64,000 nucleotides of DNA, from the NCBI GenBank assembly GCA_002343185.1, contig DDRT01000001.1, forward strand, positions 27,018 through 91,017. The letters run 5' to 3'. Below, one piece after another: positions 1-9,756 of the stretch. How positions within the stretch are numbered: the stretch's first letter is position 1; each line of letters opens with the position of its first letter. The notes under the pieces were generated by a model, which was not told the DNA's origin, made no database searches, and saw only the letters and a program-made list of their open reading frames with translations. This DNA comes from Deltaproteobacteria bacterium UBA2409. Its GTDB lineage: Bacteria; Bdellovibrionota_C; UBA2361; DDRT01. Made by a program: the position numbers and the translations under genes.

Positions 1-27
1 GGACTAAGTACGACATATATAGGTATA

Positions 28-125
28 AACTAACATCAACCCGCATCACAATGAAGGACTGCTACGGCTGCTTTCTTCCGAACCTGACCGGGTTTACAGA
101 TTCACTCGCACGGGTTGACAGCAAG
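28..125 (-). ncRNA. ffs: Small (4.5S-type) signal recognition particle RNA
   Basis: The minus strand of 59-92 reads CCCGGTCAGGTTCGGAAGAAAGCAGCCGTAGCAG. This matches the conserved domain IV core of E. coli 4.5S RNA (CCAGGUCAGGUCCGGAAGGAAGCAGCCAAGGCAG). The closing helix pairs 36-43 (tcaacccg) with 111-118 (cgggttga). Ends are approximate (+/-10 nt). Confidence 0.85.
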
Positions 126-161
126 CATACTACACTAAAATGAGGCTAACTACATCACGGT

Positions 162-180
162 CTGAGGCAAATTGCCTCAG
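162..180. other. Isolated 8-bp hairpin (ctgaggca-aat-tgcctcag), function unknown
   Basis: Perfect inverted repeat seen directly. There is no flanking T-run on either strand, so it is not a canonical terminator. Confidence 0.25.
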
Positions 181-542
181 AGGATGATCTCTAAAATCAG
201 TAATTTTAATAAGTTAGAAGTTCAAAGGATATGGCACAAATACTGAAAATAAATCTACCATATGGTAGTACTCATTCAATCACTTCAAAAAGACTTAGCC
301 TCAAAAAACCCTTATCTTGGCCTCCTAAGACTTACAAGAACATTCAGTAAGAGCTCCCCAATTAGAGCGGCGCTGGTTTCGAGAACTTTTGGAGCTAAGC
401 CTGAACTTGAGACAGATCCGATTGCATGGAAAATCATAAATGATCAGGAATTAAATAGTCTCGAATATGAATTCATATTAGAGCAAGGATCAACTAAGAG
501 TAACTTTAAAAAAATTCCGAGCTCACTTGGCAAAAGAAGACA

Positions 543-2030
543 TTACCCTCGATTAAAAGCATTGTGCAGCTCTAATAGACGCTCATATGACTCTTTAGTT
601 TTAAGAAAATCTTGATCCTGACCTTCAACTAGATCAGGGTGAACTTCCTTAATTTTCTTTCTAAAGGCATTCTTAATCTCCCGCTCGGTTACTTGTCCAC
701 TTAATCCAAAAAATTCAAGAAGTGTCCCATATTCATCTTTTCTTCGATCAAATCCGGTTGCACGACCCATGGTTACAAATTTTGGAGTGTCGTTGTTCTC
801 TTGAATCTTAACTTTTATTACCTTTTTCTTTCGTCTAATCCTTAATAGGGTCAGTAATATCGCAAGCGAAAGGCCAGTTAGCCCTAACAGCCATCCATCA
901 GATAATAAAAACAATCTTAACCGTTCCAAGAAGGTCAATTTACGACTAATAAGAGTGGCCGTTCTGTTTGCTTCAGTAAAAAGACCAAGGGCTCTTTGTT
1001 TCTCCATCATTTTAAGGGCAAGCTTTTCTCCATCTTTCGATGAGATCGAAATTAAAGCCTTGATGCCTTCTTCTGCTTCGAGAAATGAATTTGAGGATAA
1101 AGCCTCGGTTGTTAGGCTTTTAAGTTTGAAAACCAATTTTTCATTTTGACTGGCAAACTTCAAAACCCTGTCAGATGTAAAAACTGGGATATCATCTTTC
1201 GATAGGTTCGAAATTGCTTGATCCAGTATCTCAAAAGTACTCGGTCTTGTTGAAATCGCTAATGAAAGAATCTGCAAAGATCTGCCTGGGTTATTTGAAG
1301 ATTTTGCCTGCTCGTGAAGTATTTCATTTATTGCAACACTAAAGCCCGTATTTTTGAGCTCTAAAACAAGCTGTTCAGCCTCACTAAAACTGCCACGAGT
1401 AATGGCATCTTTGAGTCTATTTACCTGCAGATAATTATTCCTAAGCGCCGAAACCTCAATATCGGTCTCGCCATAAAGTTCTAACATCCTATCAATTAAG
1501 CTTTGAGAAGATTTTCCCTCGATAATGCCTTGAGCTACTCGTTTTTCTGCTTCCTCCTTTACTGCTCCAGCAAGTTTGTAAAGAACAGATACTTCCTCTG
1601 GGGGAGTTAGGCTTGGATTAAGTATTATCTCTTTAGCACATTCAGGATCCAGCTTCTTAGGATAATCTTTGAAATCTCTTAGTTCGCTAATTACATCTCT
1701 TACAATTATATCTTTCCCTGGCAAAACAACTTTTTCATCACAAAGCGTTTGTATAGCCTTTAGGGCCCAGTCAATTCTTCCAGAAGCTTTTGCGCGCTTA
1801 GTAAAGTCTCCAAGGTCTCTCGGGCTTTTAATAGCTCCTAGTGCATGTTCAACAACCCAAGCATCAACCTTATCTTTCGAAAGAAGTCGCGAAACTCCAT
1901 TGATTGTTACTACAACACTCTCTTCATCTACAACTTCAAACTTATCAACAGGGAACGATACCCCAAGCACTGTGACTGAGGCTTCTGCTAATACTAACTG
2001 TGAAAATAAAATAATAGATAATAAGCGCAC
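543..2030 (-). CDS. Membrane-anchored J-domain (DnaJ-like) protein with a large N-terminal extracytoplasmic region
   Basis: 495-aa ORF with a GTG start. It has an N-terminal signal-like segment (LLSIILFSQLVLAEA) and an internal TM (WLLGLTGLSLAILLTLL) followed by RIRRKKK. The C-terminal J domain carries the HPD motif (IKEVHPDLVEG). Confidence 0.7.
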   Translation of the reverse strand: MRLLSIILFSQLVLAEASVTVLGVSFPVDKFEVVDEESVVVTINGVSRLLSKDKVDAWVVEHALGAIKSPRDLGDFTKRAKASGRIDWALKAIQTLCDEKVVLPGKDIIVRDVISELRDFKDYPKKLDPECAKEIILNPSLTPPEEVSVLYKLAGAVKEEAEKRVAQGIIEGKSSQSLIDRMLELYGETDIEVSALRNNYLQVNRLKDAITRGSFSEAEQLVLELKNTGFSVAINEILHEQAKSSNNPGRSLQILSLAISTRPSTFEILDQAISNLSKDDIPVFTSDRVLKFASQNEKLVFKLKSLTTEALSSNSFLEAEEGIKALISISSKDGEKLALKMMEKQRALGLFTEANRTATLISRKLTFLERLRLFLLSDGWLLGLTGLSLAILLTLLRIRRKKKVIKVKIQENNDTPKFVTMGRATGFDRRKDEYGTLLEFFGLSGQVTEREIKNAFRKKIKEVHPDLVEGQDQDFLKTKESYERLLELHNAFNRG

Positions 2031-2058
2031 TACCTAATTCTTTTATCAATTGAGAGCG

Positions 2059-2928
2059 CTAAGGGGAAACCCCATAAACTGGTATATCGAGCCTTTGTCC
2101 ATCCTGGAAGCTGAGAGAAACCACCGTTTTTAAGTCTTTTGTTAGCTCTTTTAGGCTAAAAGTCAGGCTTGCATCATCATTTTGAGCTACCTCAACCTCG
2201 TTACTTTGAATTGACTCAATTGGGCTCTTTGTAAATATTTTAACATTCCTAGTAACAGGAGCCGTAACTACCCCAAATGATACAACTGGCGGTTCGGCTC
2301 TAGTAGAGGCTTGAACTCTTCCATATACGGGTACGTTTTTTACTATGGTTTTTTCAGGAGACTTAAATGTGACTAAAATTCTGTCTCTAAACTCACCAAT
2401 AGGTGGTGAAATTGACACCTCGCCTGAATCTGACATTTTAATATATTGAGACGCAGAGTTAATCCCAGATAGTTTAAAAGCTCCTGATGAGGATGCTTTT
2501 AGCCTAGTTTTGTAAGTTTCACCTTGATCTAAAACACCAAAGTTAATTACCTCGGGAGAGATGGTTCCGACTGATTTAACTTCTCCTGTAACACTCAAAA
2601 CTATCTCAGGAGTAGCTAGATCACTGGTCAATACAGTAGCTGTCTTTGTAATACTACCTGTAAATAGTTCGGTTGATACTTTTACATTTATATCTTTTGA
2701 TTCTCCAGGAGCAATTGCTCCCTCACCGCTTGTTGCTGTGCAGCCACATGGGGCAGTAATTTTATGAATTGAAATCGGAGTTTCACCTTTGTTTTGAATC
2801 TTAAAAATAGCTTCAACAGTTTCGCCCTGATATACGGAGCCAAAATCATAGGAAGCTTTTTCGACTACAGGGGCCGCTTCTACTGAATAAATAAGAAGTG
2901 TGAGGAGGCTAAGCGTGCGTACGAACAT
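2059..2928 (-). CDS. Secreted DUF1573-like protein
   Basis: Signal peptide, then the typical DUF1573 pattern YDFGSVYQGE...FKIQNKGETPISIHKITAPCGCTA...IAPGES. Confidence 0.65.
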   Translation of the reverse strand: MFVRTLSLLTLLIYSVEAAPVVEKASYDFGSVYQGETVEAIFKIQNKGETPISIHKITAPCGCTATSGEGAIAPGESKDINVKVSTELFTGSITKTATVLTSDLATPEIVLSVTGEVKSVGTISPEVINFGVLDQGETYKTRLKASSSGAFKLSGINSASQYIKMSDSGEVSISPPIGEFRDRILVTFKSPEKTIVKNVPVYGRVQASTRAEPPVVSFGVVTAPVTRNVKIFTKSPIESIQSNEVEVAQNDDASLTFSLKELTKDLKTVVSLSFQDGQRLDIPVYGVSP

Positions 2929-4300
2929 CAGAGCCCCATGTTTCCTTCTCGGAAAATAGCTGAATACTGTCTAAAAATTTCGTATGATGTCGACCTGTTA
3001 CAAAATCTGGATGTCTTAAAATTCTTCTATGAAGCTCAATATTGGTTTTTATACCCTCAATGATAAATTCATCCAGGGCAACTAAAAGCTTCTCTATACA
3101 TGAATTTCTATCTTCGCCTCTAACAACAAGTTTTGCGATTAAGGAGTCATAATAGGGTTGTACGGTATATCCAGAGTAAAGTGCAGAGTCGACTCTTACG
3201 CCATGACCACCAGGGGCATGATAGGCAGTTATAAGACCAGGGGATGGTATTAGGGTTTTTGGATCTTCTGCGTTGATTCTTGCTTCAATAACATGACCCT
3301 TCATAACCACGCTATCTTGTGAGATTGTTAGATCGTTACCCATAGCAAGCCTAATCTGCTCTTTTACTATATCAGTATCTGTTACCATCTCTGTTACAGG
3401 ATGTTCTACCTGAAGCCTTGTATTCATCTCTATAAAGTAAAATTTGTTACTTACAACATCTGCCAAAAATTCAACGGTTCCAACATTCGTATAGCCAGCA
3501 GATTTTCCGAGCTCTACAGCAGCGTTTTCTATCTGTCTTTGAAGAGCTGGATCTAGTCCGATAGAAGGCGCTTCTTCAATTAGCTTTTGATGGCGACGCT
3601 GAATGCTGCAATCTCTTATGCCGAGATGAATTACATTTCCTGCAATGTCGCCAGCAATTTGAACTTCGATATGCCTGACTTTTGGAAGATATTTTTCAAC
3701 TAATAAGTGCCCGTCGCCAAATGCTGCTTCAACTTCTCTTTGTGCTGTTGAAAATAGCCCTGAAAATGATTCTGCATTTTCAACAACCTTCATTCCCCGA
3801 CCACCACCACCTGCGCAAGCCTTTAAGAGAATTGGAAAGCCTACATTCTTTGCGATAGCAAATGCCTCTTCTGAATTTAAATATCCTTGAGAATCACCTG
3901 GAATAGTTGGAACTCCTGCTTTATCAGCAGCACGCCTTGCGCGTGCCTTATCTCCCATCATGCGCATATTGCGCACTGTAGGGCCAATAAATGTTATTCC
4001 GCATGATGAGCAGATCTCAGCAAAAGCAGGATTTTCAGATAAAAAACCATATCCTGGATGGATTGCATCCGCACCGGTTGCTGTAGCAGCCGACATAATA
4101 CTTGCTATATTCAAATAACTTTCTTTAGCTAGAGCAGGCCCTATGCAAACGCTTTCTGTTGCAAGTTTTACATGAAGCGCATCAACATCAGCTTTTGAAT
4201 GAACCGCCACAGTTTTTATTCCGAGCTGATGGCACGCTCTAATAACTCGTAAAGCTATTTCACCTCTATTTGCGATAAGAACTTTTTTTGGAAGCTTCAT
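2909..4300 (-). CDS. accC: Acetyl-CoA carboxylase biotin carboxylase subunit
   Basis: 463 aa. Shows KVLIANRGEIALRVIRA, the ATP-grasp glycine loop KACAGGGGRGMKVV, and EMNTRLQVEHPVTE. It overlaps accB by ATGA. Confidence 0.95.
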   Translation of the reverse strand: MKLPKKVLIANRGEIALRVIRACHQLGIKTVAVHSKADVDALHVKLATESVCIGPALAKESYLNIASIMSAATATGADAIHPGYGFLSENPAFAEICSSCGITFIGPTVRNMRMMGDKARARRAADKAGVPTIPGDSQGYLNSEEAFAIAKNVGFPILLKACAGGGGRGMKVVENAESFSGLFSTAQREVEAAFGDGHLLVEKYLPKVRHIEVQIAGDIAGNVIHLGIRDCSIQRRHQKLIEEAPSIGLDPALQRQIENAAVELGKSAGYTNVGTVEFLADVVSNKFYFIEMNTRLQVEHPVTEMVTDTDIVKEQIRLAMGNDLTISQDSVVMKGHVIEARINAEDPKTLIPSPGLITAYHAPGGHGVRVDSALYSGYTVQPYYDSLIAKLVVRGEDRNSCIEKLLVALDEFIIEGIKTNIELHRRILRHPDFVTGRHHTKFLDSIQLFSEKETWGSDVRTHA

Positions 4301-4758
4301 GCGCTAGGATCAATTAAAAATAGAACTTCTCCAAACTCTACAACCTGACCATCCGTCAGTAAAACTTTTACGATCTTACCACTAACTGGTGCTTCGATCT
4401 CATTCATTATCTTCATAGCTTCAATGATACAAAGGGTGTCTCCTTTTTTTACCATCTGGCCTTCTGAAGCATACGCCTCAGCGTCAGGGGAAGGTTTCCT
4501 GTAAAAAGTGCCCACGATAGGTGACTCAACTTTGGTGTACTTTTCATCAACCACGGGTGGTGCAGATTGGATAGCAGCAGGTGGAGTTGATATTGCAGGT
4601 GCAACTGAAGATATTTGAGTGGAGGTCTGAACTACAGAGCCACCCCTTGAAAGCTTGATGTGAACTCCATCATGCTCGATTTCAAAATCAGTTACTTCGT
4701 TCTGCTTTAATATTCTGATTATTTGCTCTAGGTCGTTTATATTCATACGCGAGCCCAA
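4297..4758 (-). CDS. accB: Biotin carboxyl carrier protein
   Basis: Biotinylation motif CIIEAMKIMNEIEA and a Pro/Ala linker. The listed start is TTG; an alternative ATG lies at 4746. Confidence 0.9.
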   Translation of the reverse strand: MGSRMNINDLEQIIRILKQNEVTDFEIEHDGVHIKLSRGGSVVQTSTQISSVAPAISTPPAAIQSAPPVVDEKYTKVESPIVGTFYRKPSPDAEAYASEGQMVKKGDTLCIIEAMKIMNEIEAPVSGKIVKVLLTDGQVVEFGEVLFLIDPSA

Positions 4759-4811
4759 TAGAATACCTCAAAATTGCCTTTAACTAAAGTCTAATCAGAA
4801 TGGTGATCCTT

Positions 4812-4839
4812 GGGGGTCAGGCCTTCCGGCCTGACCCCC
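4812..4839. repeat. REP-like family 1 hairpin (GGGGGTCAGGCC-ttcc-GGCCTGACCCCC), probable terminator
   Basis: Perfect 12-bp arms. It sits between the pil/lipoprotein operon end and the accB start. The same 12-mer recurs at 42006, 46058 and 52010. Confidence 0.7.
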
Positions 4840-4840
4840 G

Positions 4841-5080
4841 TTATATTTCTATCTCCGTATCAGCAACCACTGTTTCACTGGCTTTTGCTGTATTAACCCC
4901 TAGCTTGTCGGCTAAAAGTAAAACTGACTCATTTTCAGGATTTAAACTTAAAAGAACCTCTGCTTCTCTTCTTGCAAAAGAATAAAGACCTTCCTCCCAA
5001 AGAGCACGCACTAAATTGAGACGGGCTATCGAGTCCTCTTGATTGTCCTCGATAGCCCGTAAAAGCTCAACTATGTTCAT
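4841..5080 (-). CDS. Small helical (TPR-like) hypothetical protein
   Basis: 79-aa ORF with an ATG start that abuts the stop of the upstream lipoprotein gene. No recognisable family. Confidence 0.4.
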   Translation of the reverse strand: MNIVELLRAIEDNQEDSIARLNLVRALWEEGLYSFARREAEVLLSLNPENESVLLLADKLGVNTAKASETVVADTEIEI

Positions 5081-6030
5081 TAACAGTTGTCGTAATTGCT
5101 ATAAACAACTGCCCTAGCGCCACTAATTGTTAAGCTTGAATTATTCCATGTCCCAGTAAGTCTGGCGGTAACATTTCTACTTCCAGTCACAGTAAGGGTA
5201 ACAGAAGTTCCTGAAAACTCCTTAGAAGCTCCAGCTGCTAAGCCTAAGATTCTAGTGAATGGAATTTTACATGTTCCAGTTGCTCCTGCAGCTATCTCGC
5301 AGACTCCTGCTAAAGAGCCCGAAGTTACAGAGCCTCCAGTTGAGGAAGATGCAGCGGATGTGAAAGAAGCAGAGGTAAATCTCACTACCTGAGAAGTTCC
5401 ATTCTTAACGGCTACTACCAGTGTATCATTACCCCACTGCTCAAGACCTGTCGTACAGGCGGTTCTTGTTATATCAATTTCATTTGTGGCATCTGTTCCA
5501 ATTGCTTCGACTGCGACAGAAGTTACAGCAATTCTGTTAGAAGGATCATCTACAACCGATCCTCCCGATCCTAACCCACCACCTGCAGCGCCAGGAAACC
5601 CAGCAAATCCTTCAGGGGCGGAACCAGTACAAACTATTCTCTTAAACTCTCTTAGCCCTGCTCCAACTGGAAGTCTGCAACCAAATTGATAGCTTCCCGG
5701 AGCTTCACAGCCAATTCTACCGCTTATAGCACCGCTATCATCAGTCATTTCTTGTCCAGTTGTAGGTTCTAAGATCGCGATACCAGCTTCACTATCACAG
5801 GCAGCTTGGATATTAGGAACTGGAGCACCGAAGCTATCTTTAGCTTTAAAAAAGAATCCTGTAGTGCTTCCTACTGGAAATCTATCTGAGTTCAGCTCAA
5901 GAGAGACGCTACCAGAATCCTCGCCTACAAATGTATCGTCAGCATCTACGCCAGTTTCGCCACCGTCAGTACTGCCCGACGTGCATGCAACTAGCCACAC
6001 TAAACACAGTAGCGCTATAACCTTTTTCAT
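5080..6030 (-). CDS. Lipoprotein, Cys-containing, Gly/Ser/Thr-rich
   Basis: Lipobox LVACTS after a hydrophobic leader. Same operon as pilQ. Confidence 0.6.
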   Translation of the reverse strand: MKKVIALLCLVWLVACTSGSTDGGETGVDADDTFVGEDSGSVSLELNSDRFPVGSTTGFFFKAKDSFGAPVPNIQAACDSEAGIAILEPTTGQEMTDDSGAISGRIGCEAPGSYQFGCRLPVGAGLREFKRIVCTGSAPEGFAGFPGAAGGGLGSGGSVVDDPSNRIAVTSVAVEAIGTDATNEIDITRTACTTGLEQWGNDTLVVAVKNGTSQVVRFTSASFTSAASSSTGGSVTSGSLAGVCEIAAGATGTCKIPFTRILGLAAGASKEFSGTSVTLTVTGSRNVTARLTGTWNNSSLTISGARAVVYSNYDNC

Positions 6031-6052
6031 AAGTTTACCCTCATAAAATTCC

Positions 6053-6715
6053 TTATATACCCTCTTCTAAACCTGATGAGCCTGGAGTAGCTGTTGGCGC
6101 TGGACCAGGAATAATTATATTTTCTTCAATTATTCTGAAATTGAATCCTATCTCATTAGTTTCCATGCGATCCCCTGCTGTTGTTACCCCAGATACAGTG
6201 TAATAACCCTCTAATTTAAAGGGCGGTTCAGGAAGTTTCGCCCTATTCAAATTAATCCATTGAAGAATTTCATTAGGAAGCACGACAGCACCTGCAGTTA
6301 CAGACTGAGCTTTTGGTCCATCGTCATCTTCCTCTTCTCCTCCTCCAACTTCAGGAGCGGATAACACAACACTGAATGGAGCGCTAGTTGTAGGGGGCTG
6401 CTCAGAAGCTCCGGGAATTCTGAATCTATAATACATTCGATCCGTTCTGATGCCTTGCTTAGTCAGATTATTCCCAACCATAAAACATAATCCAGGAACC
6501 AAAAGTATCTCACCACTAGATATAATCTCTGCAAATATTGCCCCTGAGGACATTATAACAGTCGCTCCAGTCACTCCCCCAAAAGTACAAATCCCCTCAT
6601 CATCCGGTGCTGCCCAACCGTAAGCGGTGAAGGATACTCCTTGATCATTATTTGTAGCTGAGCCACATGACATGAGACCCACGCAGATTAATGAACTTAA
6701 AATTAAATTTCTCAT
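6053..6715 (-). CDS. Lipoprotein with an acidic GGGEEEDDDG segment
   Basis: Lipobox LMSCGS. The gene starts 18 nt downstream of the pilQ stop. Confidence 0.6.
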   Translation of the reverse strand: MRNLILSSLICVGLMSCGSATNNDQGVSFTAYGWAAPDDEGICTFGGVTGATVIMSSGAIFAEIISSGEILLVPGLCFMVGNNLTKQGIRTDRMYYRFRIPGASEQPPTTSAPFSVVLSAPEVGGGEEEDDDGPKAQSVTAGAVVLPNEILQWINLNRAKLPEPPFKLEGYYTVSGVTTAGDRMETNEIGFNFRIIEENIIIPGPAPTATPGSSGLEEGI

Positions 6716-6733
6716 AACTACCTATCTCTCTCC

Positions 6734-8971
6734 CTATGAAGATAATTTCATTGAAGCATCATCAAAGCTTCCTTCTACAATTCGTGGGGTAATAAAGAAC
6801 AGTAGTTCTTCATCACTATTAGTTGTACTACTTCGCCTAAAGAATGTTCCAAGCACGGGAATATCCTTCAAGAATGGAACTCCGGTCAGTGTGCTATTAT
6901 CACTGACTTTGTAAATTCCACCCATAGCGAATGTCTGTCCACTTGACACGAGCACACTTGAATTAGCCTTTCTTTCAATCGTTGAAGGAATTCCATCAAC
7001 CTCTTGAGCGCCAAGGGTGCTTGACTCAGCTGAAATATCCAGTAACACAAAATAATCAGGTGATGCTTGTGGTGTGACTGAAAGCTTAATTCCGAGTCTT
7101 ATCTGTTCTGTTGCAGAACCATCAGAGCCAGAGCTTGAACCTGATCCAGTTTGAACAGTCGTACCACCAGAAGGTTTCTTAACTCTTATTACTTCTACAG
7201 CCTCTATCGAAGCTTGAGTATTGTTGGTTGTAGCAACTGAAGGCTTTGAAACAACTCTAGCAATACCATCTTGCTCGTAAGCACTTAGCCTTGCTGCAAG
7301 CGATCTTGCTCCGTCTGCACTGTTAAATATCATCGATATTGCAGAACCAGCTTCGCTTGGGAAACTTGAAAAGGTTGGTATGTCTCCAAACTGAGTGCCA
7401 GTTTCTCCCCCACCAATATTCATTGAATTCGGGAAATTCCAGCCAGTTGCATTTCCAGTTTCAGGAGAAGCAATAAAGCTTCCACCAAGTTCTGCTCCGA
7501 GATCTCTGATGAAATCTCTCTTAGCCTCAACAATTTGTGTTTCAAGCAAAACTTGTGGAGTACGAAGATCTAGCTTTTTAATTAACTCAACAACGTTCTT
7601 AACTCCTTTCCTGATATCTTTTACGATTATCTGGTTAGTTCTTTCATCAAAAGCAATGCTTCCTCTTTCAGTAACGACCGAGTCAAGTATCGGCTTAATA
7701 GCAGATGCTTTTGCGTAACTAACTCTTACATACTGTATTTGAAGTGGCTCAAGCTCATCTTCAGCTTGCCTTGCTTGCTTAAGAGCTTCTCTTTCCTGTC
7801 TTAGTCTTTCGATTGGAGCAATTCTTACTACATTGCCCTCTTGAACTTTATCTAAACCATTTGTCTTTAAGATAACATCAAGAGCCTGATCCCAAGGAAC
7901 ATCAATAAGTCTTAAAGTAACCTTACCTGTAACATCATCGCTTGCGATGATGTTTAGATTAGATACTTCAGCGATAATTCTTAGTGCATTATCAATATCA
8001 GTGTCTTGAAGATCTAAAGATATTAGTCTTCCAGTATACTGGGAATCTCCACCAAGAAGAGATGCAAGATCATCATTTTCGATAGTTCCACTCTCTGGAA
8101 CCTTAGCTGCTGTATCTAACTCTTCAGGATTTGCCTGAGCGCGAATTAGTAGTTGTTCATCAAGGTTTATGTCATCAGTGACATAAATGTTGCCGTTTTC
8201 TGCATGAGCAGTAAGACTTGCTTCTGGTTGAGCAAAGATTCTTAAAAGAAGATCTCTTCCCTTACTTACCGGTCTAACCGAACGAATCGATCCACTTCCT
8301 GGAGCAGCAACTTGTGTTTCTCCAGCACCTGTAGCAATCCCAGCATCTTTTAGTGTCAAAACATATTCTGAGGGAGCTGTTTGGCTTAGATTGAACTCTG
8401 GAACGTTAGACATTCTCGCAACAATCATGTTCCCTTTCTGCTTTCCTTTGGTGATCTCAATGGAAGATAGTTTTGCAATCGCTTCATCACTCGCAGGAAC
8501 AGCCTCAAGAGGCACCAATGCTTTTACTTCCTCTCGTCGGGCAACTGTTTGTCCAGTAGCGTCCGAGATCTTAGCGTCATTAGCTTTTGCGATCTGAGCT
8601 CCTGGCTTAGCAAATGTAATCTGCACTTTGCCTTGAGATTTTTTTGCATCGCTAATTACACCATCCTGCAAGTCGAACACGATTCTTGCTTTATTGGGGT
8701 GTGTTCCAAAACGAATTCTTTCAACCAATGGGAGACTCAAATTCTCCTTTGTTTCGTTTCTTTCTAGGCTTAGTCCGGGTAGATCAACTACAAACCTATT
8801 TGGATTGGCCAAAGTCTCACTAGAAAATTCAGAGCCTGCTAACTCAAAAGTTACTGTTGACTCTGTTGAATCAACGACGCGAACTCCTACCCCTTGAGCA
8901 GAAAAATCTCTTGGGGCTGCGTAAGCCGAGATGGATAGGCAAAATAGCCCTAAAATTAAAAACTTATTCAT
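6734..8971 (-). CDS. pilQ: Type IV pilus secretin PilQ
   Basis: 745 aa. AMIN-like segments (RFVVDLPG, ARIVFDL), N0/N1 region and a secretin C-terminus (GVPFLKDIPVLGTFFR). Confidence 0.9.
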   Translation of the reverse strand: MNKFLILGLFCLSISAYAAPRDFSAQGVGVRVVDSTESTVTFELAGSEFSSETLANPNRFVVDLPGLSLERNETKENLSLPLVERIRFGTHPNKARIVFDLQDGVISDAKKSQGKVQITFAKPGAQIAKANDAKISDATGQTVARREEVKALVPLEAVPASDEAIAKLSSIEITKGKQKGNMIVARMSNVPEFNLSQTAPSEYVLTLKDAGIATGAGETQVAAPGSGSIRSVRPVSKGRDLLLRIFAQPEASLTAHAENGNIYVTDDINLDEQLLIRAQANPEELDTAAKVPESGTIENDDLASLLGGDSQYTGRLISLDLQDTDIDNALRIIAEVSNLNIIASDDVTGKVTLRLIDVPWDQALDVILKTNGLDKVQEGNVVRIAPIERLRQEREALKQARQAEDELEPLQIQYVRVSYAKASAIKPILDSVVTERGSIAFDERTNQIIVKDIRKGVKNVVELIKKLDLRTPQVLLETQIVEAKRDFIRDLGAELGGSFIASPETGNATGWNFPNSMNIGGGETGTQFGDIPTFSSFPSEAGSAISMIFNSADGARSLAARLSAYEQDGIARVVSKPSVATTNNTQASIEAVEVIRVKKPSGGTTVQTGSGSSSGSDGSATEQIRLGIKLSVTPQASPDYFVLLDISAESSTLGAQEVDGIPSTIERKANSSVLVSSGQTFAMGGIYKVSDNSTLTGVPFLKDIPVLGTFFRRSSTTNSDEELLFFITPRIVEGSFDDASMKLSS

Positions 8972-9102
8972 GGAAAAACTCCCAAACTGACAAAACTAAA
9001 TCCCTCACACTAAAAAAACCTAAAGTCTCCTAGGTACCAATAAAATCCTAAGGCCCATAATGTCAATCCAGAATTTTTATAAAACTTATCTAAAACTATG
9101 TT

Positions 9103-9756
9103 TTATTTCTTCTTGACACCTGAGGCCTTCTTACCTTTCTTTCCCTTAACCTCTTCCTCTTTTGGACGCATCTCATCCTCTGTAAGCTGTCGATACGCTG
9201 TTATAGTACAGCTAACATCTACTCCTACCGATCCTCCCTCCGAGTAGCCTCTGGGGTTTATGAATGAAACATCTGCAACGCTAATAATCCTTGATAGTCT
9301 GCTTATCTCATCAAAGAAACTAACTACCTGATGATATGTGCCTCTCATCTCGATTCGAACAGGGATCTCAGCATAATGAGAAGAAACTTTGTCTGGTTCC
9401 GGTGCAAATCTTCTGACGTTTAGCCCTATGTCTTTGGCTAGTGACTGAACTGAGCTTAGAAGATTAGGAACTTCTCTTCCTTGTGGGAGCTGTCTTTCTG
9501 CAAGTTCTTGAACAGATCTATAGGCAGCAACCTCCTTTTTATATCTCTCAAGATTAGCAGCGATCCTCCTCTCTTGATTCAACTGTGTTTGCAGAGAATC
9601 TATCTCTTTAAGAAGACCATCCTCTTCCTCTCTTAGTGGGCTTAGAAATAGATAATTACAACCAAACCATGTAACTAAAATTATGGCTATAACCCCACCA
9701 ATCAGCTGCTTTTGAGAAAGTCCTTCAATGAACTCAAGAAGCTTCTTCACTGACAC
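9103..9756 (-). CDS. pilO: Type IV pilus assembly protein PilO
   Basis: N-terminal TM, a coiled coil, and the PilO core (EIPVRIEMRGTYHQVVSFFDEISRLSRII). GTG start. Lys-rich tail. Confidence 0.75.
   Translation of the reverse strand: MSVKKLLEFIEGLSQKQLIGGVIAIILVTWFGCNYLFLSPLREEEDGLLKEIDSLQTQLNQERRIAANLERYKKEVAAYRSVQELAERQLPQGREVPNLLSSVQSLAKDIGLNVRRFAPEPDKVSSHYAEIPVRIEMRGTYHQVVSFFDEISRLSRIISVADVSFINPRGYSEGGSVGVDVSCTITAYRQLTEDEMRPKEEEVKGKKGKKASGVKKK

Noticed and set aside
262-615. 117-aa plus-strand ORF next to the SRP RNA
   Set aside because: It has no ribosome-binding site and no recognisable motif. Its last 73 nt overlap the 3' end of the well-supported J-domain gene. It is kept only as an open question.
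955-2037. Antisense ORFs inside the J-domain gene. The same class occurs elsewhere: 2561-2767, 5486-6046, 7395-8897, 15323-16034, 17457-17770, 25157-25582, 42780-43193, 48722-50197, 63012-63862
   Set aside because: Each lies wholly within a longer ORF on the opposite strand that has clear family motifs. Their low-complexity, Ser/Leu-rich translations are typical of shadow frames.
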